Positions 46,522 to 56,178 of a DNA stretch of 64,000 nucleotides are shown here, in pieces (the stretch's first letter is position 1; each line of letters begins with the position of its first letter). A program made the position numbers and the translations under genes. This DNA is from Armatimonadota bacterium (GTDB taxonomy: Bacteria > Armatimonadota > Fimbriimonadia > Fimbriimonadales > GBS-DC): the NCBI GenBank assembly GCA_023511915.1, contig JAIMAN010000005.1, positions 8,465 through 72,464 on the forward strand, written 5' to 3'. The notes beneath the pieces were generated by a model. It searched no databases. It was not told the origin of the DNA and worked only from the letters and a program-made list of their open reading frames with translations.

Positions 46522-46546
46522 TGAGGGTTAGGGTGGTGCAACGCGC

Positions 46547-47488
46547 CTACCGTCGCCAGCTGAAGGAGCGGGGCGCAGGGCGTCCACCTGCACTGGCAGA
46601 CATCCGCGACGAGCCGCCGCCCGTACCACCCGCGCGCAGCGTGCTTTGCGCCAGCGACAGCAAATAGCCCTTCAGACGCTCCAAATCGCGCAGCTCCACA
46701 ATCGCCAGATACTGCACCCCCTGATTGAACCGCACGCCGCTGACCCGATTGCGACGGCACAACTTCGCCAACTTGCCCGCAATCACCCAGTCGGCGGTCT
46801 TCTCGTCGATCTCGTCGCTCAAGAGCGGTCCTATCCGCCGAATCCATGTGTCCACAGGCTGCAGGTAGTGATAGTCGCCCGCGTCGATTCGGCTCTCCAA
46901 GTCGTACAGGGCGACCATATCGCGCAGCACGAGTGCGCCGACCTTGGGACCGATGCCCTTGATCTCGGTGATTTGCTGGTAGATCGGCTCCACGCGCCCC
47001 GACTGCACAATCGCCTGCTGGATGTCCATCCAGATGTTGCCAATGGTGTCTTCGGCGTACAGGCGCGCGGCGTAGCCCGCCAGCCCCTCAATCAGCCCGC
47101 GGTTCAGCTGCTCGTTGATTTTGCGCTGGTTCTCTTGGCACACCGCAACGAATGCGTTCCAGAGTTGTTCGGGCGCGTTGCCCGACGCCAGAAACGCGCT
47201 GAAGTTCGCCTTGTCGCCCCGCAGCACTTTGTCTAGCGCCTGCAGCGCGAAGCCCGAATATTCCACGCGGTCGTTCCCGCGTTTGGCGAACGCATAGTAG
47301 CCCAGCATCGCGCGGAAGGCGTAGTACGGGTCTGCCAGCGCGTCGCGCACCGCTTGACTGTCGGGCAGTTGGGTGCGCATCGCGCGCGACAGCTGCGGGA
47401 ACAGCACCTCGTGCTGGAACTTCTCCGCCTTCTCGCCCGCCAGACGGTTCAGTATCGCCTCAACCTCCATCATTGTGAACTTCGCCAT
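46547..47488 (-). CDS. Uncharacterised HhH-GPD (DNA glycosylase-like) superfamily protein
   Basis: IKGIGPKVGALVLRD HhH motif and PVDTWIRR; AGGAGG RBS. Confidence 0.6.
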   Translation of the reverse strand: MAKFTMMEVEAILNRLAGEKAEKFQHEVLFPQLSRAMRTQLPDSQAVRDALADPYYAFRAMLGYYAFAKRGNDRVEYSGFALQALDKVLRGDKANFSAFLASGNAPEQLWNAFVAVCQENQRKINEQLNRGLIEGLAGYAARLYAEDTIGNIWMDIQQAIVQSGRVEPIYQQITEIKGIGPKVGALVLRDMVALYDLESRIDAGDYHYLQPVDTWIRRIGPLLSDEIDEKTADWVIAGKLAKLCRRNRVSGVRFNQGVQYLAIVELRDLERLKGYLLSLAQSTLRAGGTGGGSSRMSASAGGRPAPRSFSWRR

Positions 47489-47635
47489 GTCACGCCTCCT
47501 GTAAGTTTGTGATAGTTGTTGCCCCATAAAATCGCAGATTCCGCTGGTTAGACGGCTGGAACCTTCTCGGGGTTGCTGCCGAAATCCCGCGCTGGAGACT
47601 CCCATCTATATTATACGGAAAATCGCGCGAAAAAT

Positions 47636-48757
47636 TCACCCGTAGTGCAGGAAAGGCTCGCGTCGGCGTCGGAAGGCGTCCTCGTCGCGGGCGCAGCGTT
47701 GCAGGATGCGCTCAGGCTCCGCGCCGTCCATCAGCATGGCATGCACCTCGCGGTTCGCCAGCAGCCCCAGCGACTTGTGCGCCTCCCACTCGCGCGGATA
47801 GAGTTTGCGCAGGCAGTACGCCAGCCCGATTCCGAAGGCGAAGGGGCGCAGCTGCTCGCGATTCGTGATGAACACCGACACGCCCTGACACTCGATGCCC
47901 TTGTAGACGCTGCTGGTCGGGGTAAACACCATCGGCACGGCGCGTGCGCCCGCGCTGGTGGGCAGCTCGTTCAGCATCCATGCCAGCGCGCGCCCATCAA
48001 TCCACGGCGCGCCGACCAGCTCGAAGGGGGTGTCCGTGCCGCGCCCGACGGACAGGTTCGTGCCCTCCCACACGCCGACGCCGATATACAGGAACGCCTG
48101 TTGCAGGCGGCGCATGTTCGGCGACGGGTTCGTCCAATACAGCCCGCAGGCGTCGTAGGTCATGTGCCGTTTCCAGCCCTCGCATGGGATGACCGTAAGG
48201 TCTGCACCGATGCCGCGCTCCGTGTTGAACATCTGCGCCAGCTCGCCGACGGTCATCCCGTGCCGCAGGGCAATCGTGTGGTAGGCGGTGAACGAGAGGC
48301 GGTCGGGGTCAGCCAAGGGTCCCTCCACCTGCCCGCCGATGGGGTTCACCCGATCCAGCACATAGAACGGGATTTTGCGCTCGGCGGCGGCTTCCATCGC
48401 CAGCCCCATCGTGGAGATGTAGGTGTAGTACCGCGCGCCGATGTCTTGGATGTCGAACAGCAGCGCGTCCAGGCTCGCCAGCTGCTGCGGGGTGGGCTTT
48501 TTGCGCTCGCCGTAGAGGCTGTAAATCGGCAGCCCTGTGCGCTCGTCGACGCCGTCGGGCACAGTCTCGTCCAGCTGCCCGCGAATGCCGTGTTCGGGGC
48601 TGAACAGCGCGCCGACCGTGATGCCCAGCCGTCGCAGCAGGTCAATTAGTGGCTCGCGTGTGGCGGTCAGCCCCGTGTGGTTGGTGATCACGCCTACTCG
48701 CGCCTTGCGCAACGGCTCCAGATGCGACTCCAGTCGGTCAATCCCGTTTCGAACCAT
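47636..48757 (-). CDS. DUF1343 / NamZ-type exo-beta-N-acetylmuramidase
   Basis: ITNHTG, FSPEHG, YSLYG, FDIQDIGARYYTY, HGMTVGE, PSPNM, SVGRGT. Confidence 0.9.
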   Translation of the reverse strand: MVRNGIDRLESHLEPLRKARVGVITNHTGLTATREPLIDLLRRLGITVGALFSPEHGIRGQLDETVPDGVDERTGLPIYSLYGERKKPTPQQLASLDALLFDIQDIGARYYTYISTMGLAMEAAAERKIPFYVLDRVNPIGGQVEGPLADPDRLSFTAYHTIALRHGMTVGELAQMFNTERGIGADLTVIPCEGWKRHMTYDACGLYWTNPSPNMRRLQQAFLYIGVGVWEGTNLSVGRGTDTPFELVGAPWIDGRALAWMLNELPTSAGARAVPMVFTPTSSVYKGIECQGVSVFITNREQLRPFAFGIGLAYCLRKLYPREWEAHKSLGLLANREVHAMLMDGAEPERILQRCARDEDAFRRRREPFLHYG

Positions 48758-48803
48758 GCCTGCGCCTCCTGCGAAATTTGCCCCGCGACTCCCTTCGCGA
48801 ATG

Positions 48804-48830
48804 GCAGGAGGAGTATACCTGCTGGCGAAT
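48804..48830 (+). promoter_or_regulatory. Sigma-H-like promoter (GCAGGAG-N16-GAAT) overlapping a divergent GGTATACT -10
   Basis: Recurrent motif. Confidence 0.45.
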
Positions 48831-48856
48831 TGCGCAGGCACAGGGGAGGCGTCGCC

Positions 48857-49267
48857 ATGACCGATCAGAAATTCGCTACGCTGAAGCGCAAGCTGCAGCA
48901 GGAACCGAACCACGCCGATGTGATGCACTACTTTTTTGACCACTTCGCCGACCATCAGGCGTTTATCAAGATGAGTGAGCCTGTTTCGGACGAGCAGCGG
49001 CAAAAGGCGATTCACACCATGCTGCTGATTAACCTGCAGGTGCTGCTGGGCAAGCCGAATGTCGCGCTGATTAATCCGTTCGTTCTTGCCGTACCGAAGC
49101 ACCGCTTGTTGCACGGCGCGTTTCTCACAGAGGGGATGAGTGTGGGCGCGTTCTTCTACTTCGAGGACATCGACTCGGGGCTGGTCGGCGTTTCGGGCGG
49201 GCGACTGGGCGACCAGCTTTTGACGGCGCGGTTCACGCTGGGTTTGCTGCCGCTTAGTACCGAATAG
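48857..49267 (+). CDS. Hypothetical protein
   Basis: GGGAGG RBS, 136-aa ORF with normal codon use. Confidence 0.65.
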   Translation: MTDQKFATLKRKLQQEPNHADVMHYFFDHFADHQAFIKMSEPVSDEQRQKAIHTMLLINLQVLLGKPNVALINPFVLAVPKHRLLHGAFLTEGMSVGAFFYFEDIDSGLVGVSGGRLGDQLLTARFTLGLLPLSTE

Positions 49268-50000
49268 CCATCTGCAAGCCGCGCGCGTCGTAGGCGGGGT
49301 CGCCGAGGCACAGTTCGGACTCGCCGCGGGTGTGGCGCAGTGCGCTCCATGCGAGGGCGCAGGCGTCGAGCAGGTCGTCGATGCCCGCGTGCGTGGGCGC
49401 GACTGCCTGCCGAAACGCCGTCAGCAGGCTCGCCAGCGCGTCGCCCGATTCGCCCAGCGCGCGGCGCAGGGCGTCCATCCGCACGGCTTGCCCCGCTTCC
49501 GTGCGCTTCGGGTAGGCGATGGGCGCGCCCGTCATCGCCAGAAAGCTCAGCTCAGGGTGCGCCTCCCACACCCGCGCCTGCAGGTCGGGGGTCAGCAGCG
49601 CGTCCAGCTCGCGGATGCGCGGAATCAGGTGGTACGCCTGCACGCTCAAGCCCAGCGCGCGCAGCGGCGCATACGACTCGGCGCACAGCATCGCGCGGGT
49701 CGGCGGGATGAACACGCAGCAGGCGCGCTTGCCCAGCCGCTGACGCGCGATGTGGTCGCACGGGCGCATCCGTGCCCGCCCCGACTCGTGCAGCCCAATC
49801 GGCATATCCACCGCGATTGCTCCTGCGTCGGGGTGTTGCTCCAGAATCGGCGCGAAGCGCGGGTGCAGCGCGTAGTCCAGCGTGAGGCGTCCGCCCGCTG
49901 CCTCCGCAAGGCGCACCGCCAGCCAGCCCGCCCGACAGCCGTCCACACCCAGCGCGACGCGCGAGGATTCAGAATTGTTATTGCGTATACCTGTGCGCAC
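49254..50000 (-). CDS. DUF429 family protein (predicted RNase H-like nuclease)
   Basis: GVDGCRAGW, VDMPIGL, EAHPE, DDLLDA; start uncertain. Confidence 0.82.
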   Translation of the reverse strand: MRTGIRNNNSESSRVALGVDGCRAGWLAVRLAEAAGGRLTLDYALHPRFAPILEQHPDAGAIAVDMPIGLHESGRARMRPCDHIARQRLGKRACCVFIPPTRAMLCAESYAPLRALGLSVQAYHLIPRIRELDALLTPDLQARVWEAHPELSFLAMTGAPIAYPKRTEAGQAVRMDALRRALGESGDALASLLTAFRQAVAPTHAGIDDLLDACALAWSALRHTRGESELCLGDPAYDARGLQMAIRY

Positions 50001-50119
50001 TGCGCGGGTTAATATACCAGAGGGCACGCGCGCTGCAACGCTCGGTTGCGGACGCTGAAGTCTCAGCACTTAAACGCTCCACTGCAGAAAGCCTGACCCC
50101 GCGCCGATAATGCCCGCTG

Positions 50120-50845
50120 ATGCTACGCGGACTGTATGTGGCTGCCGAGGGAATGGCTGCCCGACAAAAAGCGCAGGACGCGATTGCCAACAATCTGGCG
50201 AATCTGAACACCACCGGCTTCAAGGCAGACCGCCCCGCCTTCGAGGCGGTCTACGAACGGCAACTGTACCGCGTGCAGGGGGCACGCTCGCAGCCGATTG
50301 GCGCGCTTTCGGCGGGGGCAATCCTGCGCGACCTCTACACCGACCTGCAGCAGGGCGCGCTCACCACGACGGGCAACCCGCTCGATGTCGCCATCGACGG
50401 CGCGGGCTTTTTCGCAGTGCAGACCGCGCAGGGCGTCCGCTACACGCGCAACGGCGCGTTCCAACGGAATGCGGGCGGCATCCTCACCACCCGCGCGGGC
50501 GACCCCGTGCTGGGCGAGGGCAACCAGCCGATTCGTGTGCCGCCGAACGCGACCGTGCACATCGGCGAGGACGGCGCAGTGCTGGCGAACGGGGCGCGCG
50601 TCGGAAGGCTGCTGATTGTGCAGGGCGACCTCGCCAAAGCGCCCGACGGCGACTTCATCGGCGCGGCGCAACCCGTCGCCAACCCGCGCGTCGTCGCAGG
50701 CGCCCTCGAAGCCTCGAATGTGAACATGGTGCGCGAGATGGTCACGATGATCGAACTCATCCGCGCCTACGAAACGCACCAGAAAATCATCCACGCGCAC
50801 GACAGCACGCTCGAACGCGCCATCAACGAACTACCGAAGGTATAG
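50120..50845 (+). CDS. flgF: Flagellar basal-body rod protein FlgF
   Basis: IANNLANLNTTGFK, TGNPLDVAI, YTRNG, LEASNVN. Confidence 0.88.
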   Translation: MLRGLYVAAEGMAARQKAQDAIANNLANLNTTGFKADRPAFEAVYERQLYRVQGARSQPIGALSAGAILRDLYTDLQQGALTTTGNPLDVAIDGAGFFAVQTAQGVRYTRNGAFQRNAGGILTTRAGDPVLGEGNQPIRVPPNATVHIGEDGAVLANGARVGRLLIVQGDLAKAPDGDFIGAAQPVANPRVVAGALEASNVNMVREMVTMIELIRAYETHQKIIHAHDSTLERAINELPKV

Positions 50846-50856
50846 GAGGCAACCCG

Positions 50857-51645
50857 ATGATACGCGCACTCCACACTGCCGCCGCAGGCATGGAATCGCA
50901 GCAGTTCAATATCGATGTGATTGCGAACAACTTGGCTAATGTGAACACGAACGGCTTCAAGACCGTGCGTGCGGACTTTGAGGACTTGCTGTACCAGACG
51001 CTGCGTCCTGCAGGGGCGACGGCGGCTGGGGGCACGCAGCTGCCCAGCGGCTTGCAGGTCGGGCTGGGGTCGCGCCCAGCGGCGACCTACGGGCTGTTCA
51101 CGACAGGCGCGCTGCAGGTCACGGGCAACCCGCTCGATATGGCGATTGAGGGCGATGGCTTTTTCAAGGTGCTGCTGCCCGACGGCGCAATCGCCTACAC
51201 GCGCGACGGCGGGTTCAAAATGGACGCGCAGGGCAGGCTGGTCACCTCCAACGGCTACCCGCTGGAACCCGAAATCATCATCCCGCCCGACGCCGAACAA
51301 ATCATGATCGGGCGCGACGGGGTGATTAGCGTGCGGCGCGGCGGGCAAGACGGCGTCGAGGAACTCGGACAAATCACGCTCGTGCGGTTTGTGAACCCTG
51401 CGGGGCTGAATCGGATTGGCATGAACCTCTACCGCCTCACGCCCGCCGCAGGCGAACCGATTGAGGGCGCGCCCGGCACGAACGGCATCGGCAGCATCGC
51501 AAGCAGCGCGCTGGAAGCCTCGAATGTGCAAATCGTCGACGAGATGGTGCGCCTGATTATGGCGCAGCGCGCCTACGAGGTCAACTCCCGCGCGATTCAG
51601 ACCGCCGACGAGATGCTCAGCGTGGCGAAGGACTTGAAGCGGTAA
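50857..51645 (+). CDS. flgG: Flagellar basal-body rod protein FlgG
   Basis: MIRALHTAAAGM, FEDLLYQ, GLQVGLG, YTRDG, LEASNV, AQRAYE. Confidence 0.93.
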   Translation: MIRALHTAAAGMESQQFNIDVIANNLANVNTNGFKTVRADFEDLLYQTLRPAGATAAGGTQLPSGLQVGLGSRPAATYGLFTTGALQVTGNPLDMAIEGDGFFKVLLPDGAIAYTRDGGFKMDAQGRLVTSNGYPLEPEIIIPPDAEQIMIGRDGVISVRRGGQDGVEELGQITLVRFVNPAGLNRIGMNLYRLTPAAGEPIEGAPGTNGIGSIASSALEASNVQIVDEMVRLIMAQRAYEVNSRAIQTADEMLSVAKDLKR

Positions 51646-53193
51646 TCACTCCCACTCAATCGTCGCAGGCGGCTTGGAACTGAGGTCGTACAGCACGCGG
51701 TTGACGCCGGGCGCCTCGTTGCTGATGCGGTTGGCGACGCGCAGCAGCAGGTCCCACGGCAACTCGGCAGGCTCGGCGGTCATCGCGTCCTCGCTATGCA
51801 CCACGCGCAGCACAATCGGGTACTGGTAGGTGCGCTGGTCGCCCATCACGCCGACCGAGCGCACATCGGGCAGCACGGCGAACGCTTGCCAGACGCGCTG
51901 CGCCCAGCCCGTGCGGGTGAGTTCCTCGTTCAGAATCGCGTCCGCCGCGCGCACAATCGCCAACTTCTCCGCCGTTACTTCGCCCAGCACGCGCACTGCC
52001 AAGCCCGGTCCAGGGAACGGCTGCCGCCACACGATTTCGGGGGGCAGCCCCAACTCCTGCGCGACGCGGCGCACCTCGTCCTTGAACAGGTAGCGCAGCG
52101 GCTCGATGAGTTCCATACGCATCCAGTCGGGCAGCCCGCCGACATTGTGGTGCGTCTTGATTTTCGCGGCGAGGCGCGTGCCGCTCTCGATGACATCGGG
52201 GTACAGCGTGCCCTGCGCCAAGTAGCGGCACTGCCCAATCGCGTCGGCGTGCGCTTCGAACACGCGCACGAACTCCTCGCCGATGACCTTGCGCTTCTGC
52301 TCGGGGTCAACGACGCCCCGCAGTCGCTGCAGGAACCGCTCGCGGGCGTCCACGAAAATCAGGCGGCTGGGGAAGTGCTGCGTGAACAGCGTCCGCACCT
52401 GCTCCGCCTCGCCCGCGCGCATCAGCCCGTGATCGACGAAGATGCAGGTGAGTTGCTCGCCGATGGCGCGTTGCACCAGCGCGGCGACCGTGCAGGAGTC
52501 GACGCCGCCGCTGACGGCGCACAGCACGCGCTCGCTGCCCACCTGCGCGCGGATGCGGGCGACGCTCTCGTCGATGAAGTTGCGCATCGTCCAGTCGCCC
52601 TTGCAGCCGCACACCGCATACAGGAACTGGCGCAGCAGGTGCATGCCGAACGGCGTGTGCGCCACTTCGGGATGGAACTGCACGCCGTAGAGATGTCGCT
52701 GCAGGTCGCCCATCGCCGCGACGGGCGTGTTCTCGGTCTCCGCCAGCACTACAAAACCTGGCGGGGGCGTCTGCACCATGTCGCCGTGGCTCATCCAGCA
52801 GGTCAGGTGGAAGTCCAGTTGCTCGAACAGCGGTTCGGCATGCACGACGGTCAGCAGCGTGCGCCCGTACTCGCGCTGTGCAGCAGGCTGCACGACGCCG
52901 CCCAGCAGGTGCGCCATCAACTGATGCCCGTAGCAGATGCCCAGCACAGGCACGCCCAGCGTGAACAGTTCGGGGTCGACGCGCGGGGCGTTCGGCTCAT
53001 AGACGCTCGCGGGACCGCCCGACAGGATAATGCCCTTTGGCTGGCGGGCGCGTAGGGCGTGCAGGGGCGTATCATACGGCAGAATCTCGCAGAACACATT
53101 GCACTCGCGCACGCGCCGCGCAATCAACTGCGTGTATTGCCCGCCGAAGTCCAGAATCGCGACCTGCTCGTGCGCGCCGATTGGGGTCTCCAT
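51646..53193 (-). CDS. guaA: GMP synthase (glutamine-hydrolysing)
   Basis: [45 protein letters not shown]. Confidence 0.98.
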   Translation of the reverse strand: METPIGAHEQVAILDFGGQYTQLIARRVRECNVFCEILPYDTPLHALRARQPKGIILSGGPASVYEPNAPRVDPELFTLGVPVLGICYGHQLMAHLLGGVVQPAAQREYGRTLLTVVHAEPLFEQLDFHLTCWMSHGDMVQTPPPGFVVLAETENTPVAAMGDLQRHLYGVQFHPEVAHTPFGMHLLRQFLYAVCGCKGDWTMRNFIDESVARIRAQVGSERVLCAVSGGVDSCTVAALVQRAIGEQLTCIFVDHGLMRAGEAEQVRTLFTQHFPSRLIFVDARERFLQRLRGVVDPEQKRKVIGEEFVRVFEAHADAIGQCRYLAQGTLYPDVIESGTRLAAKIKTHHNVGGLPDWMRMELIEPLRYLFKDEVRRVAQELGLPPEIVWRQPFPGPGLAVRVLGEVTAEKLAIVRAADAILNEELTRTGWAQRVWQAFAVLPDVRSVGVMGDQRTYQYPIVLRVVHSEDAMTAEPAELPWDLLLRVANRISNEAPGVNRVLYDLSSKPPATIEWE

Positions 53194-53250
53194 CGGGGAA
53201 TAGGATACCATGCAATCCACGGGCGGCACAATCGCCGTCGACGCCGCGTA

Positions 53251-53277
53251 GCAGGAATCCCCGCGCCCGCGCCGAAT
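53251..53277 (+). promoter_or_regulatory. Sigma-H-like promoter (GCAGGAA-N16-GAAT)
   Basis: Recurrent motif, 12 nt before the ATG. Confidence 0.55.
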
Positions 53278-53289
53278 GCCCATAGCGCC

Positions 53290-54507
53290 ATGCTACGCAC
53301 GATATTCGGCTTCGAGATGCCGACGCGCCTGCTGTTTGGGCAGGGCGCAGTGGAGAACTTGGGCTTCGAGTGCAGTTTGAACGGTTGGGCAAGCGCGCTC
53401 ATCGTCACGGACGCGGGCGTCCACAAGGCGGGGCTGACGCAGCCAGTGGAGGCGCAGTTGCAGGCGCAGGGTGTGCGCTACCGCCACTACACGGGCGTCG
53501 TGCCGAACCCTACGATTGAGAGCATCGAGGCGGCGGTACCCGACGCGCAGGCGGTCGATGTGGTGATTGCCGTCGGCGGGGGCAGCGTGATGGACAGCGC
53601 GAAGCTCATCAACGCTATTCGCACGCACGGCGGGCGCGTGCGCGACTACGAGGGCACGGACACCGTCCCCGCGCCGTGCAAGCCGCTGGTCGCTATCCCC
53701 ACCACCGCAGGCACGGGCAGCGAGGTCACTTTCATCGCGATGTTCACCGACGCGGGCAAACGCCAAAAAATGCCCGTGCTGAGTCGCCACCTCGCGCCCC
53801 ACTTGGCGATTGTTGACCCTGAGATGACGCGCAACCTGCCCCCCGACGCCACCGCGCAGACGGGGCTGGACGCGCTCACGCACGCCATCGAAGCGATTGT
53901 CGACCTGCAGGCGAACCCGTTCTCGGACATGCTGGCGTTCGAGGCGATACGGCTGATCACGCGCTACTTGCCGCGCGCGGTCGCCGACGGGCGCGAGGAC
54001 ATCGAAGCGCGCGGGGCGATGGCGTTTGCCGCGACGATTGCAGGCGCAGCGTTCAACAACAGCATGGTCGGGCTGGCGCACGCGATGGCGCACGCGTTGG
54101 GCGGGCTGTATGACCTCCCGCACGGGCTGTGCTGCGCGCTCGCGCTGCCGGTGGCGATGCACTTCAACCTCGAAAGCCGACGCGAGCGGTTCGAGGAAAT
54201 CGCGCAGGTGATGGGCTACGCGCACACCCAATCAGAGGTCGTGCCGATGCCCGGCGCAGTGGTGCAAGGCAGCGTGTGGGACAAGACCTTCACCGCCGAA
54301 GACGCGGTTCTGCGCGTGCGCCAACTGATGAGCGAGGTCGGGCTGCCCGCGCACCTGATCGATGTCGGCGTGGAAGTTTCCGAGAGCGACTTGGAGACGC
54401 TTGCCGACCTGACGCTGGCGGACGGCTCGATTCTGTTCAATCCTGTCCCGCCGACGCGCGAGCAGGTGAAAGACCTGCTGCGCCATATCGCTACCTACAC
54501 GGAGTGA
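53290..54507 (+). CDS. Iron-containing alcohol dehydrogenase
   Basis: [33 protein letters not shown]. Confidence 0.93.
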   Translation: MLRTIFGFEMPTRLLFGQGAVENLGFECSLNGWASALIVTDAGVHKAGLTQPVEAQLQAQGVRYRHYTGVVPNPTIESIEAAVPDAQAVDVVIAVGGGSVMDSAKLINAIRTHGGRVRDYEGTDTVPAPCKPLVAIPTTAGTGSEVTFIAMFTDAGKRQKMPVLSRHLAPHLAIVDPEMTRNLPPDATAQTGLDALTHAIEAIVDLQANPFSDMLAFEAIRLITRYLPRAVADGREDIEARGAMAFAATIAGAAFNNSMVGLAHAMAHALGGLYDLPHGLCCALALPVAMHFNLESRRERFEEIAQVMGYAHTQSEVVPMPGAVVQGSVWDKTFTAEDAVLRVRQLMSEVGLPAHLIDVGVEVSESDLETLADLTLADGSILFNPVPPTREQVKDLLRHIATYTE

Positions 54508-54511
54508 CCGC

Positions 54512-56176
54512 ATGCTACGGAGGGAGATTCTGGGTATCCCGCTTGGGATTTGGCTGGGCAGCGTCGTGTACGCGCTGCTGTGCATCGTGTTGCGCTCGTA
54601 CTATATCGACTACGAGGGTCTGCGGCAGATTGCGGCGGTTTCGGAGGGCATCAGTCGCGCCTCGACGACCTGGTGGAGCGGGCAGAGCGTGCTGGGCGTG
54701 CTGATGCTGTGGCTGGTCACGCTGCCGCTGAAGTTCGTGCTGCCGTTGGTGGACGCGGCGCAGAGTGTAGGCGCGCTGAGCATCTGGGCGTCGGGGCTTA
54801 TCCTGTATCGGATCCTGCGCTTGGCGGGGCTAAGCGTTGGGCTGTGCGGCTGGCTCACCTTTCTGTTCTACGGCGCGAATGTCGCGTGGGTGAGCGCGAC
54901 GATGTTGCCTGTGGCGGCGCTGTCGCTGCTACTGACCGCGTGGTGGGGGCTGAACGCGATTCGCTGGCTGGCGGAGCGTGAGTTGGATGCGGCGGGCGGG
55001 ACGCGGCTGGGCGTGCTGGCGGGCGTGCTGGGGCTGGTGAACCTGTTCGCGCTGCTGCCTGCGTTGGCGGTCGGCATTCTCGGGCTGCGTCGGGGCAGTG
55101 GCGCGGGGCTGTTGGGCGCGGCAGCAGGTGTCGCGCTCGTGGGCTACCTAATCGTCTACTTCGCCGTCTTGCCCAGCACGGTGCAGGTCGGCGGCGCGAC
55201 GCGACCCAAACCGTCGATTGTGGAGTGGTTCTGGACGGGCGAAGGCGCAAGCGCGGCGGACATTCCGCGCTATTCGGGGCTGTATTGGCGCGCGATGGGC
55301 GAGCAGGCACAAAACGCGATTCTCGCGCTGGGGCAGCCGTTCCGCGTGCGCGATGTGTACCAATACTATGTGCAAGGGCGGTTCATCACGCTGATCAAGG
55401 GGCTGTTTCTGCTGCTGGCGCTGGCGTTCGTGATTGTGCTGGGGGTGATACGGTTGTCGGGCGAGCGCGTGCCGACTGAGCGGCTGGTGAGTGCGGTGCG
55501 CGGCGTGGGCGGGCTTACGCTGCTGCTCGCGCTGATTGTGCTGGTCGCGTGGCAGGGCGATCGGCAGGCGTTCTATTTATGGACGCTGTTTTGGGCGATT
55601 GTGGGGCTGGGCGGCTGGCTCGGCAGTTATGTGGACGAGGATGTGCGCCGTCTCAGCCTGGCTGCGCCTGCACTGGTAGCGGTGATGCTGTTGTTCGGAC
55701 TGATAAAGGTCGCAACCCTGCGCTCCACCGAGTACGACACCGAGCGTCAAGAGGCGGAGGCGTTCGCGCCTGGCATTCGCGCGGGCGATGTGATGGTCGC
55801 CGCCACACGCTTGGCGGAGTGGCTGCGCTACTACAGCGCAGGCAGGGCGCGCGCCATCGACGCTGCTTGCTGGCTTAACCCCGAAACCGACCTCAAGTCG
55901 CTGCTCCAAGAAGTGCAGCAAGCGACCGAGCGCGCTTCTGAAGCCGAGCCAACAGTCGCCCGCATCATCCTATGGGGCTACGCGCTCGACCCCAACCCCC
56001 TCAAAGAGGCGGGGTTCAATTCCAACCCAGCGTGGCTCGAATCGCTGGGCAAGGCGCAGGAACTGGCGCGCAACTCAGGCGGCGCGTACCGTCGGCGCTA
56101 TGTGAACATGGTGGCATATCCTACCCTGATTCAACAGACAGGCGAGGTGCATACTTTCGGCAAGTCGCGTAATTAA
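54512..56176 (+). CDS. Polytopic membrane protein of unknown function
   Basis: About 10 hydrophobic segments plus a soluble C-terminal domain. Confidence 0.65.
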   Translation: MLRREILGIPLGIWLGSVVYALLCIVLRSYYIDYEGLRQIAAVSEGISRASTTWWSGQSVLGVLMLWLVTLPLKFVLPLVDAAQSVGALSIWASGLILYRILRLAGLSVGLCGWLTFLFYGANVAWVSATMLPVAALSLLLTAWWGLNAIRWLAERELDAAGGTRLGVLAGVLGLVNLFALLPALAVGILGLRRGSGAGLLGAAAGVALVGYLIVYFAVLPSTVQVGGATRPKPSIVEWFWTGEGASAADIPRYSGLYWRAMGEQAQNAILALGQPFRVRDVYQYYVQGRFITLIKGLFLLLALAFVIVLGVIRLSGERVPTERLVSAVRGVGGLTLLLALIVLVAWQGDRQAFYLWTLFWAIVGLGGWLGSYVDEDVRRLSLAAPALVAVMLLFGLIKVATLRSTEYDTERQEAEAFAPGIRAGDVMVAATRLAEWLRYYSAGRARAIDAACWLNPETDLKSLLQEVQQATERASEAEPTVARIILWGYALDPNPLKEAGFNSNPAWLESLGKAQELARNSGGAYRRRYVNMVAYPTLIQQTGEVHTFGKSRN

Positions 56177-56178
56177 GA

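Noticed and set aside
46230-46667. 145-aa ORF across the repeat cluster
   Set aside because: It is a translation of REP-like DNA (PLPPCGRGAGGEG) and overlaps the convergent gene
6240-47479. Additional Rex half-sites (TTCACAA at 6240, TTGTGAA at 33889 and 47473)
   Set aside because: The second half of the palindrome is missing in each case
50110-51645. 511-aa ORF suggesting an extended or fused FlgG
   Set aside because: The N-terminal part is an alternative frame over flgF; flgG has its own AGGAGG RBS and ATG at 50857
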